From Tubiluchus corallicola (taxonomy: Eukaryota > Animalia > Priapulida), in contig JAQGDQ010000937.1 of the NCBI GenBank assembly GCA_030141605.1, positions 15,052 through 79,051 on the forward strand: a stretch of 64,000 nucleotides of DNA, written 5' to 3'. Below the pieces are notes generated by a model that did not search any database, was not told the origin of the DNA, and was given only the letters and a program-made list of their open reading frames with translations. A program made the position numbers and the translations under genes. Positions within the stretch are counted from its first letter, which is position 1; each line of letters begins with the position of its first letter. Positions 62,408-64,000 of the stretch are shown here, one piece after another.

Positions 62408-62929
62408 GAAACATTGCAAGCCTATGGATGTGTGTTCTGGGTCGACGCCTCGTTTAGACTGAAAGAGAATAAAAGTGAGGAGATCATATCTATATACAAT
62501 CGAACTGCAAGTGATTTGGGTATAACAGTTTGGTATACTATGAAACTGTTTTGCTTCATACACAAGGGCATGTACGAGTACTTTAACGCGGATGTGGAGT
62601 ACTTTAAAACAAACGAACTCCAGGCTGTACCGAGTAATAGATTTGTGATGCATAATAGAAAATGGGTTCGTGAATTGGTGATATATCCTTGGTTGACTTG
62701 TGCTTTAATCAAAGAGTGCATTGCTCCTACTGGGTCACACCGATTACCCTGTGATTTCTCAGCACCTGAAAATTACTGTTGCCATAGATACGACCAGGCA
62801 GCATTGGCAATTATTCTTCATCAGCTTTTTCACTACCGGTTAAAAGACATCGCTTTGAACAAGGCTGAACATGAAATTAAGCGCGGAGATCAGTCAGGAA
62901 AAAATTACTTACAAAATTTTCACGTCTAA
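62408..62929 (+). CDS. Terminal exon of a DUF1647-like protein
   Basis: TTGCAG acceptor then non-repetitive 173-aa frame with VFWVDASFR, PWLTCALIKECIAPTG and CHRYDQAAL motifs that I recognise from metazoan DUF1647-type proteins; upstream exons not identified. Confidence 0.75.
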   Translation, partial: ETLQAYGCVFWVDASFRLKENKSEEIISIYNRTASDLGITVWYTMKLFCFIHKGMYEYFNADVEYFKTNELQAVPSNRFVMHNRKWVRELVIYPWLTCALIKECIAPTGSHRLPCDFSAPENYCCHRYDQAALAIILHQLFHYRLKDIALNKAEHEIKRGDQSGKNYLQNFHV

Positions 62930-63077
62930 AGTTTTGCAATCTTTTTTTATTATGCCAGCAATGAACTACGCTTCAAGGTCATTATTATGTCACAAGTGTC
63001 AAGAATTCATAGTGCAGTTGGTACTTTGACACAGACACGTGGACACAGGATGGGACACCTAGGTAATATGTACACAG

Positions 63078-63130
63078 CAGAGCCGGCTCTTCCAAAAGGC
63101 AAACTAGGCAGTTTCCTAGGGTGCCATATT
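63078..63130 (+). mobile_element. Left end of a hAT-like MITE
   Basis: CAGAGCCGGCTCT...AGGCAAACTAGGCAGTTTCCTAGGGTGCC resembles CAGGGCCGGC-type MITE ends; no partner end seen. Confidence 0.35.
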
Positions 63131-63187
63131 TTCATGAGTGTCAAGTTTTGGAATGAAACAAACTGCTTGCATACTTTCCTGTCAAAC

Positions 63188-64000
63188 ACACAACTAATCC
63201 ACGTTAACACCCAGCTCTCCTATTCACACAACTAATCCACGTTAACACCCAGCTCTCCTATTCACACAACTAATCCACCTTAACACCCAACTCTCCTATT
63301 CACAGAACTAATCCACGTTAACACCCAACTCTCCTTTTCACAATCCACGTTAACACCCAGCTCTCCTATTCACACAACTAATCCACGTTAACACCCAGCT
63401 CTCCTATTCACACAACTAATCCACGTTAACACCCAGCTCTCCTATTCACACAACTAATCCACCTTAACACCCAACTCTCCTATTCACACAACTAATCCAC
63501 GTTAACACCCAGCTCTCCTATTCACACAACTGATCCACGTTAACACCCAGCTCTCCTATTCACACAACTAATCCACGTTAACACCCAGCTCTCCTATTCA
63601 CACAACTGATCCACGTTAACACCCAGCTCTCCTATTCACACAACTGATCCACGTTAACACCCAGCTCTCCTATTCACACAACTAATCCACGTTAACACCC
63701 AGCTCTCCTATTCACACAACTGATCCACGTTAACACCCAGCTCTCCTATTCACACAACTAATCCACGTTAACACCCAGCTCTCCTATTCACACAACTAAT
63801 CCACGTTAACACCCAGCTCTCCTATTCACACAACTGTTCCACGTTAACACCCAGCTCTCCTATTCACACAACTGATCCACGTTAACACCCAACTCTCCTA
63901 TTCACGCAACTAATCCGCGTTAACACCCAGCTCTCCTATTCACACGACTGATCCACGTTAACACCCAGCTCTCCTATTCACGCAACTAATCCACGTTAAC
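63188..64000. repeat. 38-bp minisatellite, ~21 copies, runs off window end
   Basis: Unit acacaactaatccacgttaacacccagctctcctattc. Confidence 0.97.

Overview
AT-rich, intron-containing eukaryotic DNA, most likely from an invertebrate metazoan; it is not prokaryotic, and there is no CRISPR array or rRNA/tRNA gene. Most long ORFs in the track are translations of tandem repeats. Splicing by hand with GT-AG sites and phase checks recovers two complete genes. The first is a 5-exon minus-strand gene (27115..20534, 277 aa) encoding signal peptide + PAN/Apple-like domain + non-canonical galectin domain, whose stop codon lies inside the first unit of a 47-bp minisatellite. The second is a 7-exon plus-strand gene (45867..55306, 319 aa) encoding a secreted pentraxin-fold protein that lacks the Ca-binding QEQD motif and ends in a Pro/Arg/His-rich tail. 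There are also isolated terminal exons of a GMC oxidoreductase (34811-34952) and a DUF1647-like protein (62408-62929). Non-coding content includes several minimal hammerhead-ribozyme motifs of the Penelope type (an inverted pair just after the GMC stop codon), decayed LINE fragments, TTAA-flanked and hAT-type MITEs, and about 18 distinct minisatellite arrays, one built of pre-miRNA-sized hairpins. Family assignments come from motif recognition only; no database search was run.
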